Virus record (IMG/VR): IMGVR_UViG_3300045988_118684
Span: 1-40,712 of that record
DNA length: 40,712 bases
Reading direction: 5' to 3' (one strand)
Source of the DNA: a virus
The first letter of the stretch is position 1. Each line of letters opens with the position of its first letter. The translations under genes and the position numbers were made by a program. This document shows, one piece after another, positions 25,605 to 33,067 of the stretch. The notes beneath the pieces were generated by a model. That model was not told the origin of the DNA and ran no database searches. It saw nothing but the letters and a program-made list of their open reading frames with translations.

Positions 25605-25613
25605 TGGTATAAT
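25605..25613 (+). promoter_or_regulatory. Extended -10 promoter (TGGTATAAT) on the + strand, antisense to the arpU SD region
   Basis: It is the same 9-mer as the cI promoter at 39123..39131. It lies 25 nt upstream of a + strand terminator. Confidence 0.35.
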
Positions 25614-25637
25614 TAAATTTGTAAAAGTTTGGGGGAT

Positions 25638-25668
25638 AAGCGTGCCTTCGTGGTGCGCTTTTTTATTT
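25638..25668 (+). terminator. Rho-independent terminator oriented on the + strand inside the - strand operon
   Basis: AAGCGTGCC ttcgt GGTGCGCTT is followed by TTTTTATTT. The two wobble pairs are G.U only in the + strand RNA. Confidence 0.55.
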
Positions 25669-25923
25669 GCTTTCAGAAGGCCGAATTAGCTCCCATGGAT
25701 CAATCCCAGCTCCATATGCGATTTTGTCCAAAGTGTTGAGTGAAACACTGCCATTCCCAGATATTGCGTATTCAAGCGTGTTTATTGGTATGCCAATCTC
25801 TTTTGCATATTCAGACTGTGTCTTGCCAAGCTCATATATATTGTCCCTAATGTTTTTGGCCAATGCTTGTTTGCTATCCAAATTATTCGCCTCCGTCCTC
25901 ATTTTCGGTGTACCAGTCGTCAC
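25663..25923 (-). CDS. XRE-type HTH protein
   Basis: Contains KTQSEYAKEIGIPINTLEYAISGNGSVSLNTLDKIA. The start is uncertain; an internal TTG 8 nt after GGAGG is possible. Confidence 0.65.
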   Translation of the reverse strand: MTTGTPKMRTEANNLDSKQALAKNIRDNIYELGKTQSEYAKEIGIPINTLEYAISGNGSVSLNTLDKIAYGAGIDPWELIRPSESK

Positions 25924-26101
25924 TGTTTAATAGCCAATAGCTTATTTCCCTGGCTTGCTTGTAGATTGGGTCAACACGTGTAGTCATCGCGTCAGTCGTC
26001 CATTTAGACCAGGCAATGTCGTGTAGTAGCTTAGTTGCAAGCTCGGCCTTGGCACACAGCTCGCCTTGAAGATAAGCGTCAACGTCCTTACTTTTACTCA
26101 T
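25883..26101 (-). CDS. Hypothetical protein (72 aa)
   Basis: An ORF in the operon context. Confidence 0.5.
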   Translation of the reverse strand: MSKSKDVDAYLQGELCAKAELATKLLHDIAWSKWTTDAMTTRVDPIYKQAREISYWLLNSDDWYTENEDGGE

Positions 26102-26165
26102 GTTGTGCCTCCAGCAGCTCCGGATTCTCCCTGAACTTAATCTCTCGGTTCATTTCTCCGCCCCT

Positions 26166-26288
26166 TTACTTATTTAGCCAATGAAGGAATGCAAACAGTA
26201 TTGCCGCAAGGACAATGCAGACGATGAGCAAACTCATATTTATCTCCAATGGAGACGCATTCCATATTCCGTTTATTATCTGTTTCAT
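26166..26288 (-). CDS. Small protein with C-terminal TM helix (40 aa), absent from the ORF track
   Basis: GGAGGCGGAGAA precedes the ATG at 26288. The sequence is MKQIINGIWNASPLEINMSLLIVCIVLAAILFAFLHWLNK. Confidence 0.35.
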   Translation of the reverse strand: MKQIINGIWNASPLEINMSLLIVCIVLAAILFAFLHWLNK

Positions 26289-26394
26289 TTCTCCGCCTCC
26301 ACTTTCACGATTTCGCCATGTTCCACATTGCTAAATACATCCTGACTTTCCTTTCGCAACGCCGCTTGGTGTATGTCTTCATGGTGATGTACTC

Positions 26395-26604
26395 CTACTC
26401 AAATTCGATTGCTGGTGTGTTCAGGTGCTCAATCAAGCCAAGGCGTTCCAACCGCTCATGGTTGAGACGCTCGCAGTATAAATCTGCTTCGTACTGAGAA
26501 CTGAATTCCTTGATTTTGGTTTCGCCATTGCGGCCAACAATTTTGAATTTCATTTTTTTATCAATCCTCTCCAGTTGGCTCATTTCTTTAAAATGTTTAC
26601 TCAT
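26395..26604 (-). CDS. Hypothetical protein (69 aa)
   Basis: An ORF with the start/stop overlap junction GGAGGACGGAGAATGA. Confidence 0.55.
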   Translation of the reverse strand: MSKHFKEMSQLERIDKKMKFKIVGRNGETKIKEFSSQYEADLYCERLNHERLERLGLIEHLNTPAIEFE

Positions 26605-26954
26605 TCTCCGTCCTCCACTTTCACAATTTTGCCTGTTTCCTCAACAATCCAAGCTTCCAGCAACCAAGCACGGGCGAAAGTATCGTAATGATGAATTATC
26701 CACCGATGATCCTTTCCATAGTCACGATACTGTGAGGCCAAAATTGAATTACAGGTTGGTTTCATTTTGGTAATCATGCGTCCCACAGCTTTGGGAATCA
26801 CCGGCAGATCATATGGCAAGGCGTCGTCATACAAAACATTCAATGGTGTTGTGATATTTACACGGTAGTTTTCATCATCATTTTCTTTGGAAATTAGATC
26901 TTGATATGCCTTTAGCAGTTGCTCAAACACGTCCCGCTTCGTCTCATCGCTCAT
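26601..26954 (-). CDS. DUF1642-like early protein
   Basis: Contains VIPKAVGRMITKMK...FARAWLLEAWIVEE, a pattern remembered from DUF1642 phage proteins. Confidence 0.5.
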   Translation of the reverse strand: MSDETKRDVFEQLLKAYQDLISKENDDENYRVNITTPLNVLYDDALPYDLPVIPKAVGRMITKMKPTCNSILASQYRDYGKDHRWIIHHYDTFARAWLLEAWIVEETGKIVKVEDGE

Positions 26955-27156
26955 CGTCAGTCACCACCAGAAAATCAAAGTCATGTGTAAGAGCTGGTAA
27001 TGCTTTTTCAATTGTCTTCTGTCCCTCCACGTCTAAATCATAGGTAACTAAATTTGCACCGTCCGTTACTTGTTGAATTCCCATAAATAGGGTATCAAGG
27101 TCAACATCATTGCTACATTGAAGCACAACTGTTTGATGCGTCATTTCACTTTTCAT
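26944..27156 (-). CDS. Hypothetical acidic protein (70 aa)
   Basis: An ORF in the operon context. Confidence 0.5.
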   Translation of the reverse strand: MKSEMTHQTVVLQCSNDVDLDTLFMGIQQVTDGANLVTYDLDVEGQKTIEKALPALTHDFDFLVVTDDER

Positions 27157-27700
27157 CGTCAGTCACCTCCACAGGCTTGAGTATTTTTACCCAGTTTGGG
27201 GCAGAATCGTACTCGTCTTTAGTGACCGTGTAGCCGTGTTTAACAGCATAATCTTGACTTGGGGCAGTGTTGATATACCAGATTCCATCTTCCATATAGG
27301 AATATCCTTGGTGCTCCCCAAAGCCTTCCATTTGGAGCAAATACCGTTTTTCCTTTGCCACGGTGTAGCCATTGACGAGGGCACGCATTAGGCGGAGTTC
27401 TTCATAAGACGTGCCGTTAGCTCCAGGATCAGGATGAGCGTTCATGCTGATATAATTTGCCGGATAGCTGTCCGTCTTAGCCCTGTCTAGTATTTTGGCT
27501 TCCTCCTTGCTGACCACCTCTGGATTCGGCTTCTCGATCAGCTCGACCACGTGACCACCATACACATGGGCAAGTATGTCAGCGTCATGTTGGTCGAAAA
27601 AGTCGCCGTCATCGCGGCTCCAATAATGGCAACCTTTGGCCTCAATGCAAAGCCACTTTCCTTCATCGTTCTTTACCGCGTACAGTTTTTCTTCGCTCAT
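27146..27700 (-). CDS. DUF1642-like early protein (184 aa)
   Basis: Contains LRLMRALVNGYTVAKEKRY, similar to the paralogue at 26601..26954. Confidence 0.5.
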   Translation of the reverse strand: MSEEKLYAVKNDEGKWLCIEAKGCHYWSRDDGDFFDQHDADILAHVYGGHVVELIEKPNPEVVSKEEAKILDRAKTDSYPANYISMNAHPDPGANGTSYEELRLMRALVNGYTVAKEKRYLLQMEGFGEHQGYSYMEDGIWYINTAPSQDYAVKHGYTVTKDEYDSAPNWVKILKPVEVTDDEK

Positions 27701-27807
27701 TTTTCGTCCTCTACTTTCGTAAGCTTGTACAAAGTTCCTTTGATGTCCACGTAAACTGGCTCACCGGTCGCTTGGCTGATGTAAACATCGTCTACTTCTG
27801 ACTCCAT
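27697..27807 (-). CDS. Small protein (36 aa), absent from the ORF track
   Basis: CGGAGG lies 7 nt before the ATG at 27807. The sequence is MESEVDDVYISQATGEPVYVDIKGTLYKLTKVEDEK, and its stop overlaps the next start (ATGA). Confidence 0.35.
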   Translation of the reverse strand: MESEVDDVYISQATGEPVYVDIKGTLYKLTKVEDEK

Positions 27808-27830
27808 TGGTCGGCCTCCGTTACATTCAT

Positions 27831-28409
27831 TCAGCGTTGTCTGTATATAGCACGTTTCTGCTCTGGCATACCGGATCTTTTCGCCGGTGGTAGAACTCCT
27901 TTGAGACGCAATCTACGAATCTTGGCTTGAATAGTGCCAACGTTTCGATTTAATATTTTCGTCAATTTGTCGTAATTTGCTGTCACGCCAAAACTGTCAA
28001 ATTCGATATTGTTGATAAGGAGTAATAAGTCTGATTCATTCCACTTTTTTACCAGAATAGGGCCCTGCTTTCGGCAAATAGATTCAATGCCGTATTTGGT
28101 TCTGCCCATCATTTGAGCTATTTCTTCGTGAGTGTGTGTTGATCGAAGTTTCATGATCATTTGCTTTTCTCTTTTGCTATAGAAGCTTCCATACTTTTCT
28201 ATCTGGTTTTCTTTGCAAAACTTCGGCAATTCGCCACGATGTCTGAGCTTATTTGCAGCGTGTTTAACGCCCAGCACGGTTCTCCCAAACATGTCGGCGA
28301 GTTCTTCATAGTTGAGGATGGCATTTGTATCAGCTGCCATAATCACTTCATCTTTAAAGCGATCAAGTTCTTCAGGCGTCCAATTTTTGTTTACTCTGTC
28401 TTGTTTCAT
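27831..28409 (-). CDS. Protein with three Myb/GcrA-like HTH repeats
   Basis: The three repeats are NWTPEELDRF..LADMFGRTVLGVKHAANKLRHRG, YSKREKQMI..IAQMMGRTKYGIESICRKQG, and KWNESDLLLL..LTKILNRNVGTIQAKIRRLRLKG. Confidence 0.6.
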   Translation of the reverse strand: MKQDRVNKNWTPEELDRFKDEVIMAADTNAILNYEELADMFGRTVLGVKHAANKLRHRGELPKFCKENQIEKYGSFYSKREKQMIMKLRSTHTHEEIAQMMGRTKYGIESICRKQGPILVKKWNESDLLLLINNIEFDSFGVTANYDKLTKILNRNVGTIQAKIRRLRLKGVLPPAKRSGMPEQKRAIYRQR

Positions 28410-28418
28410 ATCATTACC

Positions 28419-29342
28419 TCACAAAGCGGCCATTAATTGTCCGATCTTTGCATCTGCCGAAGTCTCTGTATCTTTCAACAAATGGATATATACCTTCTGG
28501 GTTGTCAGCGAGCTAGAATGGCCTAACCGTTTTGCGACGGCCTGTAAGTTGATGCCTTTGCCAATCAGCAACGATGCATGTGTATGCCGCAATCCATGCG
28601 CCGATATAACGGGAACGCCAGCATTCTCACAATGACGTTTCAAGATGTCATTAATGGTCTCGTTGTATATACGCTTCCCGTTTGGTACAAAAATTGGCTT
28701 ATCTTTCGGCAAATTTTGGATCAGCATTGCAAACTTCGCTGCAGTTTTGTAGTCAAGCGCAATCGTTCGCACAGATGATTTATTTTTTGTAGGGGCAAAC
28801 TTACCTGTAGCGCTTTTGTAATCCCAAGTTTTGTTAATCCTTAGTGTCAAAGAGTCCAAATCGAAGTCTGCCGGTGTTAGCCCGAGAGCTTCTGCAAATC
28901 TCAGTCCCGTCTTGGCAAGCAGTAAAATCATGTAATCGTAATCTAGCTCTTTTCCCAAATTGAGATCTTGGAGAAGTTTTTCTAATTCTTCTGGCTGCAA
29001 AAACTTAATCTTGTGTTCTCTATGCCTAGTGCCGCCAATAACTGCACGCAAGGTTGGATCTCGCTTGATCAGTCCTTCGTCTAGAATGTCCTGAATCACG
29101 CATTTGAGCTGGTGATGAAAATCCATGCATGTTTGATGCTCATGTGTTTCTGCATACTGGCTTAGAAGCTGCTGATAGCTTCTACGGGTAAGCTGTGTCA
29201 CCTTTAGTTGTGGCGCTAACATTTTGAGCATTCGCTCGGTGTTCTCCCACTTGCGATAGGTCACTGGGGTCACATAATTTTGCTTGTATGTCTCAATCCA
29301 CTTTTTGAAATAGGTCTGAAATAACTGTTCATTTCTCTTCAA
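28419..29342 (-). CDS. Second tyrosine recombinase, lacking the arm-binding domain
   Basis: Motifs GLRFAEALGL, TKNKSSVRTI, HGLRHTH, LGHSS and QKVYIHLL are present. It is a paralogue of Int but begins at the core-binding domain. The TTG start lies 6 nt after AAAGGAGG and overlaps the upstream stop by 14 nt. Confidence 0.85.
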   Translation of the reverse strand: MKRNEQLFQTYFKKWIETYKQNYVTPVTYRKWENTERMLKMLAPQLKVTQLTRRSYQQLLSQYAETHEHQTCMDFHHQLKCVIQDILDEGLIKRDPTLRAVIGGTRHREHKIKFLQPEELEKLLQDLNLGKELDYDYMILLLAKTGLRFAEALGLTPADFDLDSLTLRINKTWDYKSATGKFAPTKNKSSVRTIALDYKTAAKFAMLIQNLPKDKPIFVPNGKRIYNETINDILKRHCENAGVPVISAHGLRHTHASLLIGKGINLQAVAKRLGHSSSLTTQKVYIHLLKDTETSADAKIGQLMAAL

Positions 29343-30039
29343 GTTTGTCCTCCTTTCCCGCTGCTAATTTCTGAATGGCTTCGTTGTATCTTTCTGGTAT
29401 CTCTGTTGATTCAATGTGATTTTGTTCAGGCTCTAGCCATTGTCGAATATCAAATTCTTGTTCAACGTCTTTGCTGTGCGGCATCACATTTACTGTGCTG
29501 AAATGCAAATAGTCGTCTTCATCGTTTTGAATGAAATATACTTGTCTAGCAGCACGTGTCAGACTGTCACCATGAACAATTGTTGCGTTCATGCCGCGAA
29601 TGGCACAGTTGAATATCAAAAACGGCAACGTGCTATCGCCAAGCTCTTCCAAATGGTAAAAATACATGCTTGGCCGGTAGTCCCACGGCTTGTGCTTCAA
29701 ACGGTCTTGTTGCCATCGTTGAATCATCATTGATCCAGTACCAGCAGCAACCTCGTAATACTCGCTACTGTCATGCGAGCCTACCAGCATGTTCACGAGC
29801 TTGCTGATGCTTTCAGGGGTGAAATCTTGTTTCTTGTCTTTTCGGTCAGCTTGAACGCTCATGAAATATTCTGAGAACCAGTCATGCGATACGTCTGTAT
29901 TGACATCTAGGAATTGCTTAAAAAGCTCGTTCCGCTTTTGCTGATCCATGACAATGCCCATCAATGCTGCTGGCGCCTGCTGTGCCTCACGAACGCCTAA
30001 CAGTTTGTGAACGACATCTGCTGTGAATTTGGTCGTCAT
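29329..30039 (-). CDS. N6-adenine MTase-like protein without a recognisable catalytic NPPF/DPPY motif
   Basis: QDFTPESIS, YYEVAAGTGSMMIQ and GMNATIVHGDSL occur in HsdM-like order. The protein ends about 65 aa later with no (N/D)PP(F/Y/W). Confidence 0.6.
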   Translation of the reverse strand: MTTKFTADVVHKLLGVREAQQAPAALMGIVMDQQKRNELFKQFLDVNTDVSHDWFSEYFMSVQADRKDKKQDFTPESISKLVNMLVGSHDSSEYYEVAAGTGSMMIQRWQQDRLKHKPWDYRPSMYFYHLEELGDSTLPFLIFNCAIRGMNATIVHGDSLTRAARQVYFIQNDEDDYLHFSTVNVMPHSKDVEQEFDIRQWLEPEQNHIESTEIPERYNEAIQKLAAGKEDKLEEK

Positions 30040-30050
30040 TTTCTCGCCTC

Positions 30051-30434
30051 TTATAGTTGTTCTTCCGTGAATAGTCCAGTGTGATAGTCATATCTGGCAA
30101 TCGTGATCGGTATTTTGTAGCGAATCATGAACAGCAACATTCGAAGCCTAGCATCAGTGGTCAAAGTCGCGTCTCCGCCTTTAACGTCAACAACTTTTGT
30201 CAACTCATCACCGTCATAGAAGCAGTAGTCTGGTGTATATATGCGTGCTGAATAGCGTTTGCCATTGATCTTGAATGCCGACAAAATCTCAAACGATTCC
30301 TGAATCGTTACCTTCTGTGGCTTGTTGCGTATCAGCATGTAATAGGCGCCTTCTGCTTTGCTTGCGAATCGAATGCCATCGATCACAACTGGCTGCGCAT
30401 TGTACTTGCCTCTGCGTCTCTTGTGGATAACCAT
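30051..30434 (-). CDS. DUF1064 protein (nuclease/resolvase-like)
   Basis: Contains KYNAQPVVIDGIRFASKAEGAYY...YTPDYCFY..VVDVKG. Confidence 0.7.
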   Translation of the reverse strand: MVIHKRRRGKYNAQPVVIDGIRFASKAEGAYYMLIRNKPQKVTIQESFEILSAFKINGKRYSARIYTPDYCFYDGDELTKVVDVKGGDATLTTDARLRMLLFMIRYKIPITIARYDYHTGLFTEEQL

Positions 30435-30436
30435 GG

Positions 30437-30886
30437 CTAACGACTCGCAATCTCTTCATGGCCGTTGTTGCGGCGTGGCAACTTGATCTCAAACTCGCTT
30501 GCCACTCGCTTCACGAACGTTGTTGACTTCCCGATCCGTTTTGCAACGTCAATCAGCGTGTCACATTGTGAGGCCGCTTCTGCAATCCCACGTGCGTATT
30601 TGGCACGGGCTTCTTTTCGCTTCTTTGAAATCTTTGTGAGTCCATTGTTGACTGAGGTCTTCAAAATGTCGCTGTCATCAACACCGGACACCGCACGTTT
30701 CTCGATAATCGCTTTCTTTGATACAATGATTCGGTTGTTAAACTCTTGTTTTTCGATTTTTGAGAATGCTTCGCTTTCAGAGATGTCTACCATTGCTGAA
30801 TTTTCGTAGCGCTTAATCAATTCAGCCTTGAAATCACGCCACACTTTGTCGCCCTGTTTGTATAAACGCACTGTTACTTGTGTCAT
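30437..30886 (-). CDS. Hypothetical protein with C-terminal HTH-like region
   Basis: An ORF in the operon. The C-terminal region reads DTLIDVAKRIGKSTTFVKRVASEF. Confidence 0.55.
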   Translation of the reverse strand: MTQVTVRLYKQGDKVWRDFKAELIKRYENSAMVDISESEAFSKIEKQEFNNRIIVSKKAIIEKRAVSGVDDSDILKTSVNNGLTKISKKRKEARAKYARGIAEAASQCDTLIDVAKRIGKSTTFVKRVASEFEIKLPRRNNGHEEIASR

Positions 30887-31161
30887 TGCTTATCCTCCTG
30901 ACGTAACTCGATGTATTCTTGCTCGCTGATTGGCTGTTTTAGTTTTTCCAGCGATATCCCCATAGCTTTGGCTATTTTTGTAAGTGTGATCCTCATTACC
31001 TCTTTGCCACTAAGAAAACTAGCAACTGTGATGCGACTCACGCCAGCAATCAAAGCAAAGCGGTATATTGGCAAGCTGTGATGATCGTCAAGAAAGTTGC
31101 GAAGTCGTTCACGTGCCCAGTCTTGGCCTGCATTGTTAGTTTCGCTCGTGTGCTCAATCAT
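30883..31161 (-). CDS. HTH DNA-binding protein
   Basis: Contains IYRFALIAGVSRITVASFLSGKEVMRITLTKIAKAMG. Confidence 0.55.
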   Translation of the reverse strand: MIEHTSETNNAGQDWARERLRNFLDDHHSLPIYRFALIAGVSRITVASFLSGKEVMRITLTKIAKAMGISLEKLKQPISEQEYIELRQEDKQ

Positions 31162-31490
31162 GCTTTTGCCTCCTGCTTAATTAATGGCGTTTCTGAAAAG
31201 TCCAGTGTTGCGAAGTGATTGGCAAGCTCAATCAGTTTATGCAAGCTACCCGAAACTTCGCCATCGGCATATATGCTATCTGACGCTTCATGAATCATGC
31301 GTGTGTTGGCCTGCACAATGCCCCCAACAAGCACGATGATGTCTTGCCACTGTGCTTCAGTAACGTTTAGGCAACCACTGTCATAATCGCGTTCAACGTC
31401 CGCTACTGTTTGATCCAAGGCCATTCCATAGGCCCACAGTCGCTTATCCAAACGTTGCAAATATCTATTCGTCATTTCTTCGGCTGTCAC
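31158..31490 (-). CDS. Hypothetical protein (110 aa)
   Basis: An ORF whose ends overlap both neighbours by 4 nt. Confidence 0.55.
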   Translation of the reverse strand: MTAEEMTNRYLQRLDKRLWAYGMALDQTVADVERDYDSGCLNVTEAQWQDIIVLVGGIVQANTRMIHEASDSIYADGEVSGSLHKLIELANHFATLDFSETPLIKQEAKA

Positions 31491-32269
31491 GATCTTTTCC
31501 CCCTTACGTCGGTTAGCTTTTCAAAATTTAATGTGCAGTCTTTTGATTTTGGAATAATTCGGCTGATTAGTTTGCTGTTGTACATGTGCTCAAGCTCGCT
31601 CATCTCGTTGTTAGTTGTGATGATTGTTGATAGACGAGGACTGTTGCTTTCAAAATCAAGACGGGCATTCGCAACACGATACATCAGCTCTTGCATGTCA
31701 CGTCTCACTGGCTTGATGTCGAGTTTCATACCGCCTTCTGTCCCGAAGTCGTCCAACAACAGCACGTCAGCCTCTTTCATTGCCCGCTCAATGCCTGCCA
31801 AGCGCTTGCGAACGTCTGGTGCATCGTATTGTAAGCCCATTAGGTTACTTAGCTCTGCTGTTGAGATAAACAGCCCTGACTGGCCTTCATTCCGTAGACT
31901 CGTCAGCATCGCCAAAGCAAGTGATGTCTTTCCTGTTCCACGAGGGCCAAATAAAATCACGTTTTCAGGCGTTTTTTGCATTTGTTTTGCCAACTTGTAT
32001 GCCCTATTTCCCAGATCTCTTGATTTCTGCAAATCCGTCTGCATTTCAGGCCGCCATTTGTCGAACGTAAACTTAGCCAGAACGTTTCCGGGGAAGACTG
32101 AGTAGCGATAAATGGCACGTGCCTTTTTACGGTTCAATGCGGCCATAGAGCGTTCGTAGAAGCGCCGTTCAATCTCGGCCTGAGTTGGCAGCTTGCTAAC
32201 GTCCATCCCTCGCTTTTCGATGATTTTTTGAACATCACGATGAGTGAACATGCCTTTAGTCTTCTCCAT
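31487..32269 (-). CDS. DnaC/IstB-like AAA+ helicase loader
   Basis: Walker A LFGPRGTGKTS and Walker B VLLLDDFG are present. It follows the replication organizer. Confidence 0.85.
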   Translation of the reverse strand: MEKTKGMFTHRDVQKIIEKRGMDVSKLPTQAEIERRFYERSMAALNRKKARAIYRYSVFPGNVLAKFTFDKWRPEMQTDLQKSRDLGNRAYKLAKQMQKTPENVILFGPRGTGKTSLALAMLTSLRNEGQSGLFISTAELSNLMGLQYDAPDVRKRLAGIERAMKEADVLLLDDFGTEGGMKLDIKPVRRDMQELMYRVANARLDFESNSPRLSTIITTNNEMSELEHMYNSKLISRIIPKSKDCTLNFEKLTDVRGKRS

Positions 32270-33053
32270 ATCCCCAGTTTTCCTTTCTAGGTCTATTCGG
32301 GTTAAGCCGTTTTGCGCTGTAGTTGCGGTTGGCCTGTGCCGCCATCATGTCAAATTTAGATCGCAGTTTTGCCGCGCTTAGAATGTTTGCTTGCCAGAAT
32401 GGATTGAACTGACACCAGTCAATCATCTTGTGGATCTTCTCAAACGGGCGATGATCTAACTCGTGCATCTTTCGAATGTCATCAGCCCATGACTGTAAGC
32501 TTGGTTTCCGGTGCTCAGGGTTGTTGCCTTTGATCTTTTCCCAGAGATAAACAGCCTCAATCATTTCAGGAGAGTCGTCAGCATATTCACGCTTGCGTGA
32601 ATGCTGACTATCTTCTTTCTTTGCATTCTTTGCATTCTTAGCATTCTTGATTGTGGACAAGCGATGGACACTTGATGGACAGTCGATGGACACTTGATGG
32701 TCACCGTCTTGATATGTTGACCACTCAATCACTGTAATGACGCTGTATTGCGGGGTTGATTCGATGGACAACATTTGCTCTTTTTCAAATTGCTTTATCC
32801 ATCTCCACAACGTACGTGCGACAATCCGATGGTCACGCTTAACGCCTTCGTTGAACTCAAACGCCAGTGCGTCGCGTCCCGTGACGAATTGTCCGCTGGA
32901 CACGTCCACCTGCTGACCGTTGAACAAAAACCGATTACCTTCGTGAGATGCCTTCATCAAAATCAGTAGCCAAAGCTTTAGCTGATTCGCGTCAGTCCAT
33001 ACGAAGGACTGGCGTATTTTTCGGTATACTTTTATCCAGCCTCCGTCTGCCAT
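32256..33053 (-). CDS. Replication initiator / replisome organizer (DnaD-like C-terminus)
   Basis: The N-terminus is GWIKVYRKIRQSFVW..LKLWLLILMKASH...GQFVTGRDALA. The C-terminus contains FNPFWQANILSAAKLRSKFD. Iterons lie inside the gene. Confidence 0.8.
   Translation of the reverse strand: MADGGWIKVYRKIRQSFVWTDANQLKLWLLILMKASHEGNRFLFNGQQVDVSSGQFVTGRDALAFEFNEGVKRDHRIVARTLWRWIKQFEKEQMLSIESTPQYSVITVIEWSTYQDGDHQVSIDCPSSVHRLSTIKNAKNAKNAKKEDSQHSRKREYADDSPEMIEAVYLWEKIKGNNPEHRKPSLQSWADDIRKMHELDHRPFEKIHKMIDWCQFNPFWQANILSAAKLRSKFDMMAAQANRNYSAKRLNPNRPRKENWGYGED
32621..32703. repeat. Iteron array (candidate ori) inside the initiator gene
   Basis: TTGCATTCT occurs three times in tandem (32621..32647). 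(T/G)GATGGACA-type 8-mers start at 32652, 32663, 32674, 32685 and 32696 with an exact 11-bp phase, and one more copy lies at 32762. Confidence 0.6.
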
Positions 33054-33067
33054 GTAATCACCTCAAA

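Noticed and set aside
32652-32703. Short regularly spaced repeats as a mini CRISPR array
   Set aside because: The repeat unit is 8 bp with an 11-bp period inside a coding region, there are no spacers of CRISPR size, and there are no cas genes. The pattern fits replication iterons.
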